DNA from: an uncultured Eubacteriales bacterium
Lineage (GTDB): Bacteria > Bacillota > Clostridia > Oscillospirales > CAG-272
Direction: 5' to 3'
DNA length: 64,000 nt
Assembly: GCA_934526185.1 (NCBI GenBank)
Contig: CAKTAA010000002.1
Location: forward strand, 24,345-88,344
A program made the translations under genes and the position numbers. The notes below the pieces were generated by a model. The model did not search any database. It had not been told where the DNA came from and was given only the letters and a program-made list of their open reading frames with translations. Shown piece by piece: positions 44,639 through 55,215 of this stretch (the stretch's first letter is position 1; every line of letters begins with the position of its first letter).

Positions 44639-44848
44639 CTAATCCTTTTCAACGCGTATGACAACATCAGGACACATTGTAGCGCACATGGCGCAGCCGA
44701 TACAGCTTTCCATATCCGTAACCTGAGCGGGGTGGTAACCCTTGGCATTCAAAGTATGGTTGGCCAGCGTGATGATCTTTTTGGGACATGCTGTAACACA
44801 GAGTCCGCAGCCCTTGCAGAGATCGATCTGAAATACAACTTTATTCAT
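44639..44848 (-). CDS. 2-oxoacid:ferredoxin oxidoreductase delta subunit (2x[4Fe-4S] ferredoxin)
   Basis: 69 aa with CKGCGLCVTACP and CIGCAMCATMCP. Confidence 0.9.
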   Translation of the reverse strand: MNKVVFQIDLCKGCGLCVTACPKKIITLANHTLNAKGYHPAQVTDMESCIGCAMCATMCPDVVIRVEKD

Positions 44849-44854
44849 AACACC

Positions 44855-45577
44855 CTATGACCTCCTATCATAAATGTTTTTGGTGATATTCTGCATGACG
44901 AAAAGTCGGCGTCCGGAGGAGAGCTGTCCGAGCGCGTCCGGGGACAGGTAATCTGCGGCTGCCGTATCCGCAATCAGCGGTATTCCCGTTTTCTCCGCCA
45001 CGGCGTCTGCAAACGCAAAGGAAGCGGAAATGCAGGCGGCGTCTGTCGCAGTACCGAGGTTGGAATTGTTGACCAGTCCTGTACAGCGCAGCCGTGAGGC
45101 GATTTCAATATCGCGGAGCATCTGGGCGGCGTCCTCCGGTGATTTGGTTAACGGGCGGTAACAGTTGAGAATACAATACATATCGTAGGGGAGATCGCCT
45201 ATCAGATTTCTGTAAAAACCAAGGGCTGTAGCTCCTGCGTCGTCACCGCCAATATCGAGAATGGCAATTCCGGACGGCTTTTCGCGAAGCGAAACAAAAA
45301 TGGATTGAATTTCGGGAGGAACCGACGGTATGTCCACGTTGGAGTTTGCATATTCCGGAACAATGACGTTTACACCGAGCCTGCGAAGCTCACCGGCGTT
45401 ATCTGCAGCCCGGAAATACGGGTTGACGATATCCAGATCTGCGAGTGTTACCTCAGCTCCGCTCTCTGCAAGCTGCATTGCGAGATTGACGGCCACGTTG
45501 GTTTTACCTGTGCCGTAGTGACCGACTATCAAAAGGAGATTGTTGTGTGGTGCGGGAAATCTGTAAGAAGCTTCCAA
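44855..45577 (-). CDS. MinD/ParA/CobQ-type P-loop ATPase, first gene of the oxidoreductase operon
   Basis: 240 aa. LLLIVGHYGTGKTNVAVNLA (Walker A) ... LADLDIVNPYF ... ILDIGGDD. TTG start after GGGAGG. Only 6 nt separate its stop from the delta-subunit start. Confidence 0.7.
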   Translation of the reverse strand: MEASYRFPAPHNNLLLIVGHYGTGKTNVAVNLAMQLAESGAEVTLADLDIVNPYFRAADNAGELRRLGVNVIVPEYANSNVDIPSVPPEIQSIFVSLREKPSGIAILDIGGDDAGATALGFYRNLIGDLPYDMYCILNCYRPLTKSPEDAAQMLRDIEIASRLRCTGLVNNSNLGTATDAACISASFAFADAVAEKTGIPLIADTAAADYLSPDALGQLSSGRRLFVMQNITKNIYDRRS

Positions 45578-46031
45578 AACAAAAAGAACCTCCCGAAACG
45601 ATATTTATAAAATATATTGTACCACGTCGAAAAAGAAAATATAAGGCAGAAATATAACATAAAAGGAAACTAATTATGAACGCAAAGCGAGACGTTCACA
45701 ATAATTTTAAAATATAGTGCATCGAAAGAGGAAAAAAATGTACAAAAGCATTTGAAATTGCATGATAAGTGTGGTAAAATAATAAAGATATAATAACAGC
45801 ATTGTCAGGGGGCATTCTTTCAAAGAAAGAGCCGAAGGCCGGCAGGCGTAAGAAACCGGACTGAACGGCTGAAAATCCGAAAAACATGGCTGTATCTAGT
45901 GATGAATGGGAAGACGATTGACACAGGAGGCGGCAAAGGCGCATAAATCGAAATTTTTATGCTCATCCGCCTGCGTCTATCAGTTTATTTACTTTCATAC
46001 AAAAGTGAAAATGATATGGGGGCCGTAAAGA

Positions 46032-46886
46032 ATGGGTACGTTGTGGGAATGGATTGTGACAGAATGGAAATACGTAGAAAATCAACTGACTTCCATAGGC
46101 ATTACAGATATCCTCGATATGATATTTGTGACCATTATTTTGTTTTATATATACCGGTTTATACGGGAGCGGCGCGCAGGCAAGCTGGCGCTTGGTATGG
46201 TTCTGCTTTTTGTTATCATGATACTAAGCGATGTATTTAACATGCATGTCATCCGTTTCCTTTTACAGAACATTTTTCAGGTGGGGATTATCGCGCTGAT
46301 TGTCCTGTTTCAGCCTGAGTTGCGTTCGGCCCTTGAAAAAATTGGCGGAGAGCCGCTGAAAAACTTTAAGAGTATCGGTGTTCAGAAAAATTCCTCTGTG
46401 ACGCTCGGCGTCATACGGGAGGTCACAGATGCGGCTGCGGATTTGTCTGCCAGCCAGACAGGAGCGCTGATCGTTTTTGAACGGACGACAAAGCTTGGTG
46501 ATATTTCGAAAACGGGAACGGTGCTGAATGCTGATGTCAGCTCTTTTCTGCTCAAAAATATTTTTTTCAATAAAGCCCCGATGCACGATGGCGCAGTGGT
46601 GATTTCGGACGGCCGAATTCATGCTGCGGGATGTTTCCTGCCGCTGTCTCTGAATGAAGATATTATAAAAGATCTGGGAACTCGCCACCGTGCAGCTATC
46701 GGGATGAGCGAAAACAGCGACGCGGTCGTGGTAGTGGTATCAGAGGAGACGGGCACGATTTCCATAGCGCTTGAGGGACATCTGGTCCGCGGTTATGACA
46801 AAAACTCTCTCTGCGCAGAGCTTGAGCGTCTGCTGCTTCGGGATAAAAATATATATAGCAGACTGAAAAGCCGTATAAAACGTTGA
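46032..46886 (+). CDS. cdaA: Diadenylate cyclase CdaA (membrane-anchored DAC domain)
   Basis: Three N-terminal TM helices, then GALIVFE, DGAVVISDGRIHAAGCFLPLS and GTRHRAAIGMSE (DGA/RHR DAC motifs). Confidence 0.9.
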   Translation: MGTLWEWIVTEWKYVENQLTSIGITDILDMIFVTIILFYIYRFIRERRAGKLALGMVLLFVIMILSDVFNMHVIRFLLQNIFQVGIIALIVLFQPELRSALEKIGGEPLKNFKSIGVQKNSSVTLGVIREVTDAAADLSASQTGALIVFERTTKLGDISKTGTVLNADVSSFLLKNIFFNKAPMHDGAVVISDGRIHAAGCFLPLSLNEDIIKDLGTRHRAAIGMSENSDAVVVVVSEETGTISIALEGHLVRGYDKNSLCAELERLLLRDKNIYSRLKSRIKR

Positions 46887-46970
46887 AAACGGATATTGGC
46901 TGAGCGGCAGGAGCAGGGAAGCCTGCGGCAAAGGAGCGGCGGCTGAACCGCCTGAAAGGGGAGATACGGA

Positions 46971-48233
46971 ATGCGAAAAAAAAATGGAGCCGAAGAGACC
47001 GTTTCTTATGTCAGCTCACAGAAGACAAATCGGAACAACATCATTGCTATTGTCATCTGCGCGTTTGCGTCTGTATGTATCTGGTTCTATGTTATGAGCG
47101 TCGACAGTCCGATATATGAGGAAACCTTTTCGTCCGTGCCTGTTGAGCTGAAAATGGGAAGCGGGGAAAGCTCTAATTCTGACTATTCAGCAATTTCAGG
47201 AACCGGAAACGTAATTGAGGTGACGCTGAAGGGGCGAAAAACTATCCTGAATGCTTTGAAGGCGGAAGAGATTGAGGCCTATGTGGATGTTTCAAACGTG
47301 AGCGCTGCGGGCCGGGCATCTTACGGCGTCGTTTTGGAACCGCCGAGCGGAACAGTGATTGTTGATTATTATCCCAAGGAAATTTCTGTTTATATGGATC
47401 GTCGTACGTCAAAGCAGATTCCTGTACGCGTCGAACTTCAGGATTACACGTATCCGGAGGATTATATACTGGATAGCCAGCCGAGCGTGGAAACGGTAAC
47501 GGTGACGGGACCCGAAACGGAGCTGGCGCTGATTGAGGAAGCGCGCGTTGTCATCAGTCCGGGGCCGATAACCGGTTCTTCTGTGAACATCGGAAGCGTT
47601 CAGCTCGTAAAAAAGGACGGTACGGAAGTCAGCAGATATGTGACGACAGATGTGACCAATGTCACAGTAAAGATTGTTGTGTATCTTGAAAAGGATATAC
47701 CGCTGAGCGTCGCATATGTACACGGTTACTACAACGATGATACGGTGTCCGTGAAAATAAATCCGGAGGTGATCCCTGTAAGAGGCACCAAGGAACAGTT
47801 GGATCAAATGACGGAAATTCTGGTGGCGACCATTGACGAAACGCAGATCCATGGAGACGGGGTATATTACTATAATTTGACACTGCCGGAAGGCATCGAA
47901 GTGCTGGAGGCCTATGAAAGAGTTGCGGTGACCATCAATCACGCCTCCGATTATGCGCAGCGGACAATACAGGTCACGGATATTCGGACAGAAAATGTCC
48001 CGGAAGGGAAAAACGTTGACATACTGGCAGAATCTATATCGGTGCAGCTTCGTGGCGTAGTGAATAAATTATATGCGCTGACGGAGGAGGATGTTTACTT
48101 GGTAATAGACATGAAAAATTTGACACAGGTTACCGGGAATGTCTACGCAACGGCAACGGCAGTTATCAAAGACGGCAATTCAGCCGAGCTGTATCCGCTT
48201 AGCTCATATATGGTTCCCATCAGTATTAGCTGA
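46971..48233 (+). CDS. cdaR: CdaA regulatory protein CdaR (YbbR-repeat protein)
   Basis: 420 aa. An N-terminal TM anchor and repeated YbbR-like beta modules (..VPV.L..., ..V.V.V.G...). Positioned immediately after cdaA. Confidence 0.8.
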   Translation: MRKKNGAEETVSYVSSQKTNRNNIIAIVICAFASVCIWFYVMSVDSPIYEETFSSVPVELKMGSGESSNSDYSAISGTGNVIEVTLKGRKTILNALKAEEIEAYVDVSNVSAAGRASYGVVLEPPSGTVIVDYYPKEISVYMDRRTSKQIPVRVELQDYTYPEDYILDSQPSVETVTVTGPETELALIEEARVVISPGPITGSSVNIGSVQLVKKDGTEVSRYVTTDVTNVTVKIVVYLEKDIPLSVAYVHGYYNDDTVSVKINPEVIPVRGTKEQLDQMTEILVATIDETQIHGDGVYYYNLTLPEGIEVLEAYERVAVTINHASDYAQRTIQVTDIRTENVPEGKNVDILAESISVQLRGVVNKLYALTEEDVYLVIDMKNLTQVTGNVYATATAVIKDGNSAELYPLSSYMVPISIS

Positions 48234-48365
48234 CGCAGTTTGTTCAGAGACTTAACCAGGTATACCGGAATAAAAAACGGACAGGCTGCCGGTGCTATTT
48301 GGGTGATTTTTATTTAAGGAGTTATTGTAAAGAAAACAATGGCACAGGAAGAGGGGAGATGCATT

Positions 48366-49985
48366 ATGCGGCAGAAACCAGAGTATGTCAGACTGTTGAT
48401 CCGCAATCGGATACTGCCGTATACGGCGGCGGAAGAAGATGCACTTCAGTCCGCGTCCGATTTACTGAAAAAGGTGTGCGGAACGAGACCGGAGACGCTC
48501 CAGGTGGTTCGGAGATCGGTGGATGCGCGCCATGCACCGCGTGTGATGTTTGTATATACAGTGCTTGCCGGTATTTGCATCAGTCCTGCTGTTGCAGAAC
48601 GCGCGCTGTCCTTTCGCGATATTTCGCTGTATGAGGACACGTCCCTGAACTTTGAGTACGGAAACGAAGTGCTGAAAGGGCGGCCCGTAATTGCCGGATT
48701 CGGTCCCTGTGGCATGTTCTGCGCTATGATACTTGCGGAAAAAGGATACCGTCCCATTATCGTTGAACGCGGCGGAGATATAGACGAACGGGCCGCTGCA
48801 GTAAAAAGATTTTATGAAACGCGCTGCCCGGATCCGGACTGCAACGTGCAGTTCGGGGCGGGCGGCGCCGGAACATTTTCGGACGGAAAGCTTCTGACAC
48901 GGATAAACGATCCGCTATGTACCTATGTGCTGCGCCGTTTTGTCGAATTCGGTGCGCCTCCGGATATTCTAATCAATGCAAAGCCTCATGTAGGGACGGA
49001 TAAGCTCTGTACTGTTGTGCGGAATATTGAACAATACCTGCTCCAACAGGGTTGTGAGATCCGGTACCGAACACGTCTTGACGATCTGATATCGCAGGGA
49101 AACGATGGCGTGGCGTGCAGGACAGGGAGCGAAAAAATTCTGTGCGGCGCTCTGGTGCTGGCAACAGGGCACAGCGCCAGAGATACCTATCGGATGCTTA
49201 TGCGCCGCGGCATTGCGACAGAGGCAAAGCCGTTTTCAGCAGGCGTGAGAATTGAACATCTGCAGACAGATATCAACCGGGCGGTTTACGCGGCAGCCGC
49301 GGAGGATCCGCGGCTGCCGCCGGCCGAATACTCACTGTCAGCGCACATCGGAGGCAGGGGCGTCTATTCTTTCTGCATGTGTCCCGGCGGCGAGGTCGTT
49401 GCTGCCGCTTCTGAGGAAGGTGGCGTAGTGACAAACGGCATGAGCCGTCACGCAAGAAACGGTGCGAATGCCAATGCAGCGATTGCTGTTTCTGTTCAGA
49501 CAGAGGACTTCGGCGGGACACCGGAAGGAGCGCTCAACTTTCAGCGGCGGCTTGAGGAGGAGGCTTTTCGGAGCGGAGGGGAAGATTATTCTGCTCCGTG
49601 CGAAACTTTGGGATCGTTTCTGGGACTCCGTACGGCAAATGTATGCACACGCACAGAGCCGTCATATTGGGGAGGCCGCGTCCGCATGTGCGGTTTGGCG
49701 TCGATTCTTCCGCAGTATATGTCCCGGACGCTTGCAGAGGGGATTCGTGCTTTTGATAGGAAATTGCCTGGATTTGCGTCTCCGGACGCACTTCTGACCG
49801 GCGTGGAGACGAGAACGTCGGCACCGGTCAGAATCACGAGAGATGCTTTGACAGGCGTCTCGAATTCCTGTTCCCTGCTCTATCCCTGCGGCGAAGGGGC
49901 CGGTTATGCCGGAGGAATTACCAGCGCTGCGGTGGATGGTATTCGCTGCGCTATGCGGCTTATGAAGCGTTTTCGACCGTTTTAA
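48366..49985 (+). CDS. FAD-dependent oxidoreductase of unknown specificity (COG2509-like)
   Basis: VIAGFGPCGMFCAMILAEKGYRPIIVERG (GxGxxG Rossmann), GAGGAGTFSDGKL, ATGHSARD, PCGEGAGYAGGI. Start at ATG 48366 after GAGGGGAG. Confidence 0.75.
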   Translation: MRQKPEYVRLLIRNRILPYTAAEEDALQSASDLLKKVCGTRPETLQVVRRSVDARHAPRVMFVYTVLAGICISPAVAERALSFRDISLYEDTSLNFEYGNEVLKGRPVIAGFGPCGMFCAMILAEKGYRPIIVERGGDIDERAAAVKRFYETRCPDPDCNVQFGAGGAGTFSDGKLLTRINDPLCTYVLRRFVEFGAPPDILINAKPHVGTDKLCTVVRNIEQYLLQQGCEIRYRTRLDDLISQGNDGVACRTGSEKILCGALVLATGHSARDTYRMLMRRGIATEAKPFSAGVRIEHLQTDINRAVYAAAAEDPRLPPAEYSLSAHIGGRGVYSFCMCPGGEVVAAASEEGGVVTNGMSRHARNGANANAAIAVSVQTEDFGGTPEGALNFQRRLEEEAFRSGGEDYSAPCETLGSFLGLRTANVCTRTEPSYWGGRVRMCGLASILPQYMSRTLAEGIRAFDRKLPGFASPDALLTGVETRTSAPVRITRDALTGVSNSCSLLYPCGEGAGYAGGITSAAVDGIRCAMRLMKRFRPF

Positions 49986-50065
49986 CAGATCGTGGAAACT
50001 GATGGAATGTAAATGTATTCCAAATGCGGACATATAGAAAAAGGCAGCGGCCGCGGGAGGATCGA

Positions 50066-50488
50066 GTGGAACAAACCGGAATTGTAAGAGAGACGAGAGA
50101 CGGGATCGCCGTCGTAGAAGTAATCAGAAAATCCACGTGCGCCGGCTGTGAAAAAAGCGGTCTCTGCGGAGGGGTGGACGGCGGCTGTCCGACGGTGACT
50201 TTGGAAGCTGAAAATCAGGCGGGTGCGCAAACCGGCGATCAGGTGAGCATATACTTTCCCTCTCGATGCGTACTTGGCTATGCCGCCGCCGTGTTTTTTT
50301 TACCTCCGGTTATCTGTTTGCTGTTTTACTTTTTGGGCTGGTATTTTTGGAAAACCGTCGGCGCATCAATCGCCTGCTCTGCGGCAGCGCTTCTTTTCTA
50401 TCTGCTATTTTTGCGCACCGTTATGGAGAAAAGAGCAAAACGGATGCGTTATGTCGTCCGGCAAATAAAGTACAAAAGGAAAATATAA
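50066..50488 (+). CDS. RseC/MucC-family (SoxR-reducing-system-like) membrane protein
   Basis: VEQTGIVRETRDGIAVVEVIRKSTCAGCEKSGLCG followed by two TM helices. GTG 50066 lies 5 nt after GGGAGGA. Confidence 0.7.
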   Translation: MEQTGIVRETRDGIAVVEVIRKSTCAGCEKSGLCGGVDGGCPTVTLEAENQAGAQTGDQVSIYFPSRCVLGYAAAVFFLPPVICLLFYFLGWYFWKTVGASIACSAAALLFYLLFLRTVMEKRAKRMRYVVRQIKYKRKI

Positions 50489-50491
50489 ATT

Positions 50492-52612
50492 ATGGGGCGA
50501 AAGCATTGGAAAATTGCTGAACAGGATACGGGTACTGTGGAGAAGCTGATAGGAGAACTGTCGATCTCCCCCATTGTTGCGCGTCTGCTGATCAACCGTG
50601 GCCTTTCTGATACGGCGGAGGCTGAAAGATTTCTTCGGAAAGAAAATGGAAGGCTGTACGATCCTTTTCTGCTGAAGGACATGGAGCGAGCCGTTATACG
50701 TCTTTCCCATGCGATAGAGACGGGTGAGTTCATCGCTATATACGGCGATTATGATGTAGACGGGGTGACGTCAGTCAGTATCCTGTATCAGTATCTGAAA
50801 AAACGAGGCGCTAAGATAACATATTATATTCCGAACCGCGTCGGCGAGGGCTATGGTCTGAACGCAGAGGCTGCGGCGAGACTGAAGGAACAAGGCGTCA
50901 ATTTGATTCTGACGGTGGATACGGGCGTTACGGCTATTGAAGAAACCGAGCGGATAAAGGAACTCGGCGTGGACATTATCATAACCGATCACCATGAGTG
51001 CAGGGCAGAGCTGCCGGACGCCTGCGCTGTTGTGAATCCGAGGAGAAGCGACGACACGTATCCCTTTAAGCATCTGGCTGGTGTCGGTGTAGCCTTTAAG
51101 TTGATTTGCGCAATGGAAACGGCCGGCCTTGAAAGTACGGATAAAAAACAGGAGGCCGTCCGTGCAGTATGTCTTGCCTATGCAGATCTGACCGCAGTCG
51201 GCACAATAGCGGATGTAATGCCGCTGACGGATGAGAACCGGCTGCTTGTAAATATGGGATTGGCACTGATTCAGAGAACAGAAAATCCTGGGATTACGGC
51301 ACTTCTGGAGGAAGCAAATCTTTGGGAACGCGGACGGAAGCGCCGCAGAATCACCTCATCGTCTGTCAGCTTCGGCATGGCTCCCCGTATCAATGCCGCG
51401 GGACGCATCAGCCGCGCCTCACGCGCCGTCGAACTTTTTCTAACAGATTCACAGCCACATGCGGATAGAATTGCGGCTGAATTGTGTGAGATTAACCGCG
51501 AAAGGCAAAATGAGGAAAACAAGATCCTTGGCGGGGTATATGAGCGGATCAACACAGAAATGATGCCGGACAAACCGAAAATTTTGGTGTTGGAGGACGA
51601 CTCTTGGCATCACGGCGTTATCGGTATCGTAGCTTCACGTATTACGGAGCATTACCATCTGCCGTCAATCCTGATCTCTTTCGAAGGCTGCGAGGACGGC
51701 ATCGGAAAGGGATCAGGCCGCAGCATCAAGGGGCTGAATCTTGTGGAGGCGCTGGCGTCGTGTGGAGATCTTCTCGAAAAATACGGCGGTCACGAGCTGG
51801 CAGCCGGTCTGTCTGTCCGTCGGGAAAACGTAGAGGAGTTCCGCAGAAGAATTCAGACTTATTGCGAAGAACATTTGACAGATATAGCTATGATACCGGA
51901 AATGTCTGTTGACTGTGAAATGACAACAGAGGATATTACGCTTGAGACGGCAAATGAGCTATACTGCCTTGAGCCGTACGGAACCTCCAATCCGGTGCCG
52001 CTGTTCTGTATACGGAACATGCCCCTGCTTAATGTTACCGGCGTCAGCGGCGGGAAACACACAAAGATACTTGCCGGAAACAGAAATGCTCCTGTAACGG
52101 CAATGTATTTCGGACATCCGCTGGCAGATATGGATTTGAATGCGGGTGAACGGGCAGACATCGTTTTTCAGCTTGATATCAACGAATTTCAGGGGCGCAG
52201 ACAGGTTCAGATGCTGATTCGGGATATGGATTTTACAGAAGAGATGTATGCAGAGCTAGAAGAGGGAGAAAAGGCTTACTGTAATATCTGCGAAGGGCGC
52301 GTCGGCGAGGGAGATCTCCCGGAGCGTGCAGATTTCAAGGCAGTCTATCTGTACCTCAACCGTATAAAACCGTGTAAATCAGGATATCACAAGGCAGCTA
52401 TGGTGCGACGGTTGGGGCGGCCGTATCAGGTGATACGTATTGTTTTAGAGGTTTTGCTGGAGACCGGGCTGCTGAAAACGCTGGAATTCGGAGAAACGTA
52501 TATCAGTGCTGCTCTGAGAAACAGTAGACAGGAAAGTAAGGTGGATTTGGAGCAATCACCGACTATGCAGCGGCTCCGCAAATTGCTGAGTGAATCTGTC
52601 CGAGAGGCATGA
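50492..52612 (+). CDS. recJ: Single-stranded-DNA-specific exonuclease RecJ
   Basis: IAIYGDYDVDGVTS (DHH motif I), TVDTG, ITDHHE (DHH), GHELAAG (DHHA1). 706 aa. Confidence 0.95.
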   Translation: MGRKHWKIAEQDTGTVEKLIGELSISPIVARLLINRGLSDTAEAERFLRKENGRLYDPFLLKDMERAVIRLSHAIETGEFIAIYGDYDVDGVTSVSILYQYLKKRGAKITYYIPNRVGEGYGLNAEAAARLKEQGVNLILTVDTGVTAIEETERIKELGVDIIITDHHECRAELPDACAVVNPRRSDDTYPFKHLAGVGVAFKLICAMETAGLESTDKKQEAVRAVCLAYADLTAVGTIADVMPLTDENRLLVNMGLALIQRTENPGITALLEEANLWERGRKRRRITSSSVSFGMAPRINAAGRISRASRAVELFLTDSQPHADRIAAELCEINRERQNEENKILGGVYERINTEMMPDKPKILVLEDDSWHHGVIGIVASRITEHYHLPSILISFEGCEDGIGKGSGRSIKGLNLVEALASCGDLLEKYGGHELAAGLSVRRENVEEFRRRIQTYCEEHLTDIAMIPEMSVDCEMTTEDITLETANELYCLEPYGTSNPVPLFCIRNMPLLNVTGVSGGKHTKILAGNRNAPVTAMYFGHPLADMDLNAGERADIVFQLDINEFQGRRQVQMLIRDMDFTEEMYAELEEGEKAYCNICEGRVGEGDLPERADFKAVYLYLNRIKPCKSGYHKAAMVRRLGRPYQVIRIVLEVLLETGLLKTLEFGETYISAALRNSRQESKVDLEQSPTMQRLRKLLSESVREA

Positions 52613-52778
52613 CGAACCGTTTCATCCTTTCCGTAGTATTTGCCGGAGGCAGAAAAAACAAGCCAGATCATGCTGCCTTCAGCGCCGCAGATCTGCATAT
52701 TTGCGGCAGAAACGGAGCTGATTTGCAATCGGAAAATGAAGAGAAGACTTCAATCCTGATGTAAAAGAGGTCATTGTA

Positions 52779-54977
52779 ATGCACAGCGGAATTGAACGCC
52801 TGTTGTTTATACTGGAGAAAACGGGTAAAAATTACGATACGGAAAAAATTAGAAAAGCATATGAATACGCCCGCGAGGTGCATGAGGGACAATTCCGCAA
52901 CAGTGGGGAGGCCTATATTTCGCATCCGGTGGCAGTCGCCGAAATTGTAGCGGGATTGGAACTGGATACGGATTCCATTTGTGCGGCTCTGCTGCACGAT
53001 ACGGTAGAGGACTGTCCGGGAAAGGTGGATCTTCAGAAAATCCGGCAGCAGTTCGGCGACAGCGTTGCGGGATTGGTGGACGGCCTGACAAAGCTGGTGA
53101 GAATTCCCTTTGAAGACAAAGAAGAAGAGAGCATGGAGAATCTCCGGAAAATGCTTCTGGCGATGTCAAAGGATGTTCGTGTGATCTTCATTAAGCTCTG
53201 CGATCGGCTGCACAATATGCGGACGCTGGACGCCAAGCCGGAGCACAAACGCAGACTGACGGCGCTGGAGACGATGAACGTATACGCGCCGCTTGCGCAC
53301 CGCCTCGGTATGCAGCGTATCAAACAGGAGCTTGAAAATTTGTCACTGTCATATCTGGATCCCATTGGGTATCAGGAGGTGTCTCACGATATTGAGCGAA
53401 AATACGGCTTGAATCGGAACTTTTTGGAAAAAGCGCGAGAGCAGGTAGCGCAGAAGCTTACGGAAAATCATATTCATTTTACACTTGAGGGCAGAGTCAA
53501 GAGCGTATACAGCATCTACCGGAAAATGTACAACCAAAACAAGAGCTTTGACGAAATTTATGATTTTTACGCGCTCCGCATCATCGTGGAAACAGAGCTG
53601 GAATGCTATACGTCGCTCGGCGTGATTCACGACATGTTTAACTCGATGCCGGGCAGGTTCAAGGATTATATTTCTACGCCGAAGCCCAATATGTACCGTT
53701 CCCTGCACACGACGGTTATCGGCCGGGACGGCATCCCGTTCGAGGTGCAGATTCGTACGCGTGAGATGCATCAGATAGCGGAGTACGGCGTAGCCGCACA
53801 CTGGAAATATAAATCGGGAGAGAGCTCGCCGGCGGATATTGATCAGAAGCTGCAATGGATCGCCAATTTGATCGAATCGGAAAGCGATACACGCGATCCG
53901 GACGAATTCATCCGTGCGCTGAAGATCGATATTTTTCAGGATGAAACCTTTGTATTTACGCCAAAGGGAGACGTTATCGCTCTGCCGCAGGGCTCCACGG
54001 TTATTGATTTTGCCTATGCCATTCATTCGCAAATCGGCAATAAAATGATCGGCGGAAAAATAAATGGGACGATTGTACCCATTGACCGTGTGCTGCAGAA
54101 TGGCGAAATCGTCGAAATTCTTACCTCCGCCGCGTCGCGCGGCCCGAGCCGTGACTGGCTGAAGATCGTTAAAACAGGCGAGGCGCGGAATAAAATCAGA
54201 CAATGGTTCAAACGGGAGAAGAGAAGCGAGAATATACTGGTCGGCAAGGGCGAAGTCGAACGGGAGATGAAACGCTTCGGCCGGCCGTTTACTGAGCAGC
54301 AGAAAAACGAGGTTCTTGAAAATATTTCCAAACGCATGGGCTTCCGAGAGGTTGAGGATCTTTTCAACACCATTGGATTCGGCGGACTTTCCGTTTCAAA
54401 ATTGTCAGCCAAAATGAAGGATGAGTTTGAACGGGTAGTCAAGCCGGAGGATACGGAGATTCTTGAAATTGAGCAGGTCCCTCTGTCACCGAAGAAGACG
54501 CACAAGGCGGAAAACGGCGTGGTTGTTGACGGCGTGGAGGGCTGCCTGGTGAAGTTTGCCAAATGCTGCAATCCTTTGCCGGGTGATCCGATTGTCGGCT
54601 TTGTTACAAAAGGCTTCGGCATTTCCATTCACCGGGCAGACTGTAAGAATATTGTGAAAAATATGGGCCGGAACGAGGACAGAGAGCGATACAAAACCGC
54701 ACATTGGGAGGAGGCGTCGCTTGCGCCCGCCGGAAATGTGTTCGAGGCCATGCTTCAGATCCGTGCTGTACAGAGCCTTACGCTGATTGCCGATATGACC
54801 GCTGCACTGGCAGATATGAGAATTTCGGTGCTGCAAATCAATTCGCAGAAATGCAGTATGGACGAAACGCTGATCAGTCTGGTGATATCCTGCCGGAACT
54901 TGGAGCACCTGCGCGCAATCGTCGCACGCCTGCAAACCATCCGCGGCGTAGAAGCCGTGATGCGCGGAAGCGGCTGA
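52779..54977 (+). CDS. relA: Bifunctional (p)ppGpp synthetase/hydrolase (long RSH, Rel)
   Basis: HD hydrolase domain (ISHPVAVAEI...LLHDTVED), synthetase domain (YRSLHTTV..EVQIRT), TGS (FTPKGDVIALPQGSTVIDFAYAIH) and a C-terminal ACT region. Confidence 0.95.
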   Translation: MHSGIERLLFILEKTGKNYDTEKIRKAYEYAREVHEGQFRNSGEAYISHPVAVAEIVAGLELDTDSICAALLHDTVEDCPGKVDLQKIRQQFGDSVAGLVDGLTKLVRIPFEDKEEESMENLRKMLLAMSKDVRVIFIKLCDRLHNMRTLDAKPEHKRRLTALETMNVYAPLAHRLGMQRIKQELENLSLSYLDPIGYQEVSHDIERKYGLNRNFLEKAREQVAQKLTENHIHFTLEGRVKSVYSIYRKMYNQNKSFDEIYDFYALRIIVETELECYTSLGVIHDMFNSMPGRFKDYISTPKPNMYRSLHTTVIGRDGIPFEVQIRTREMHQIAEYGVAAHWKYKSGESSPADIDQKLQWIANLIESESDTRDPDEFIRALKIDIFQDETFVFTPKGDVIALPQGSTVIDFAYAIHSQIGNKMIGGKINGTIVPIDRVLQNGEIVEILTSAASRGPSRDWLKIVKTGEARNKIRQWFKREKRSENILVGKGEVEREMKRFGRPFTEQQKNEVLENISKRMGFREVEDLFNTIGFGGLSVSKLSAKMKDEFERVVKPEDTEILEIEQVPLSPKKTHKAENGVVVDGVEGCLVKFAKCCNPLPGDPIVGFVTKGFGISIHRADCKNIVKNMGRNEDRERYKTAHWEEASLAPAGNVFEAMLQIRAVQSLTLIADMTAALADMRISVLQINSQKCSMDETLISLVISCRNLEHLRAIVARLQTIRGVEAVMRGSG

Positions 54978-55215
54978 GCTGTTTCTGATTACGGGGCTGA
55001 AAAGGATGGTATCGGCCATCCGATAACTCCGGAAAAAACGTATATAACTTAGGCAAGATCCCCCAACTTCAGGGCGGCGGGAGAAATATCCGTGTTCAGC
55101 GTCACAACTGAACCCGGCACTGCAAATCAGTGACCTTGCCACCTCCATGACGGGGCAAGCTTCTTACTGAATGAAGAAATGAATAAGACAGGATATGCAG
55201 AAGGGAAAATAATAC

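Noticed and set aside
46032-49985. cdaA-cdaR followed by a FAD-dependent oxidoreductase instead of the usual glmM.
   Set aside because: This is real, but operon composition downstream of cdaR varies among Clostridia. There is no sequence evidence of anything unusual, so it is not worth a separate finding.
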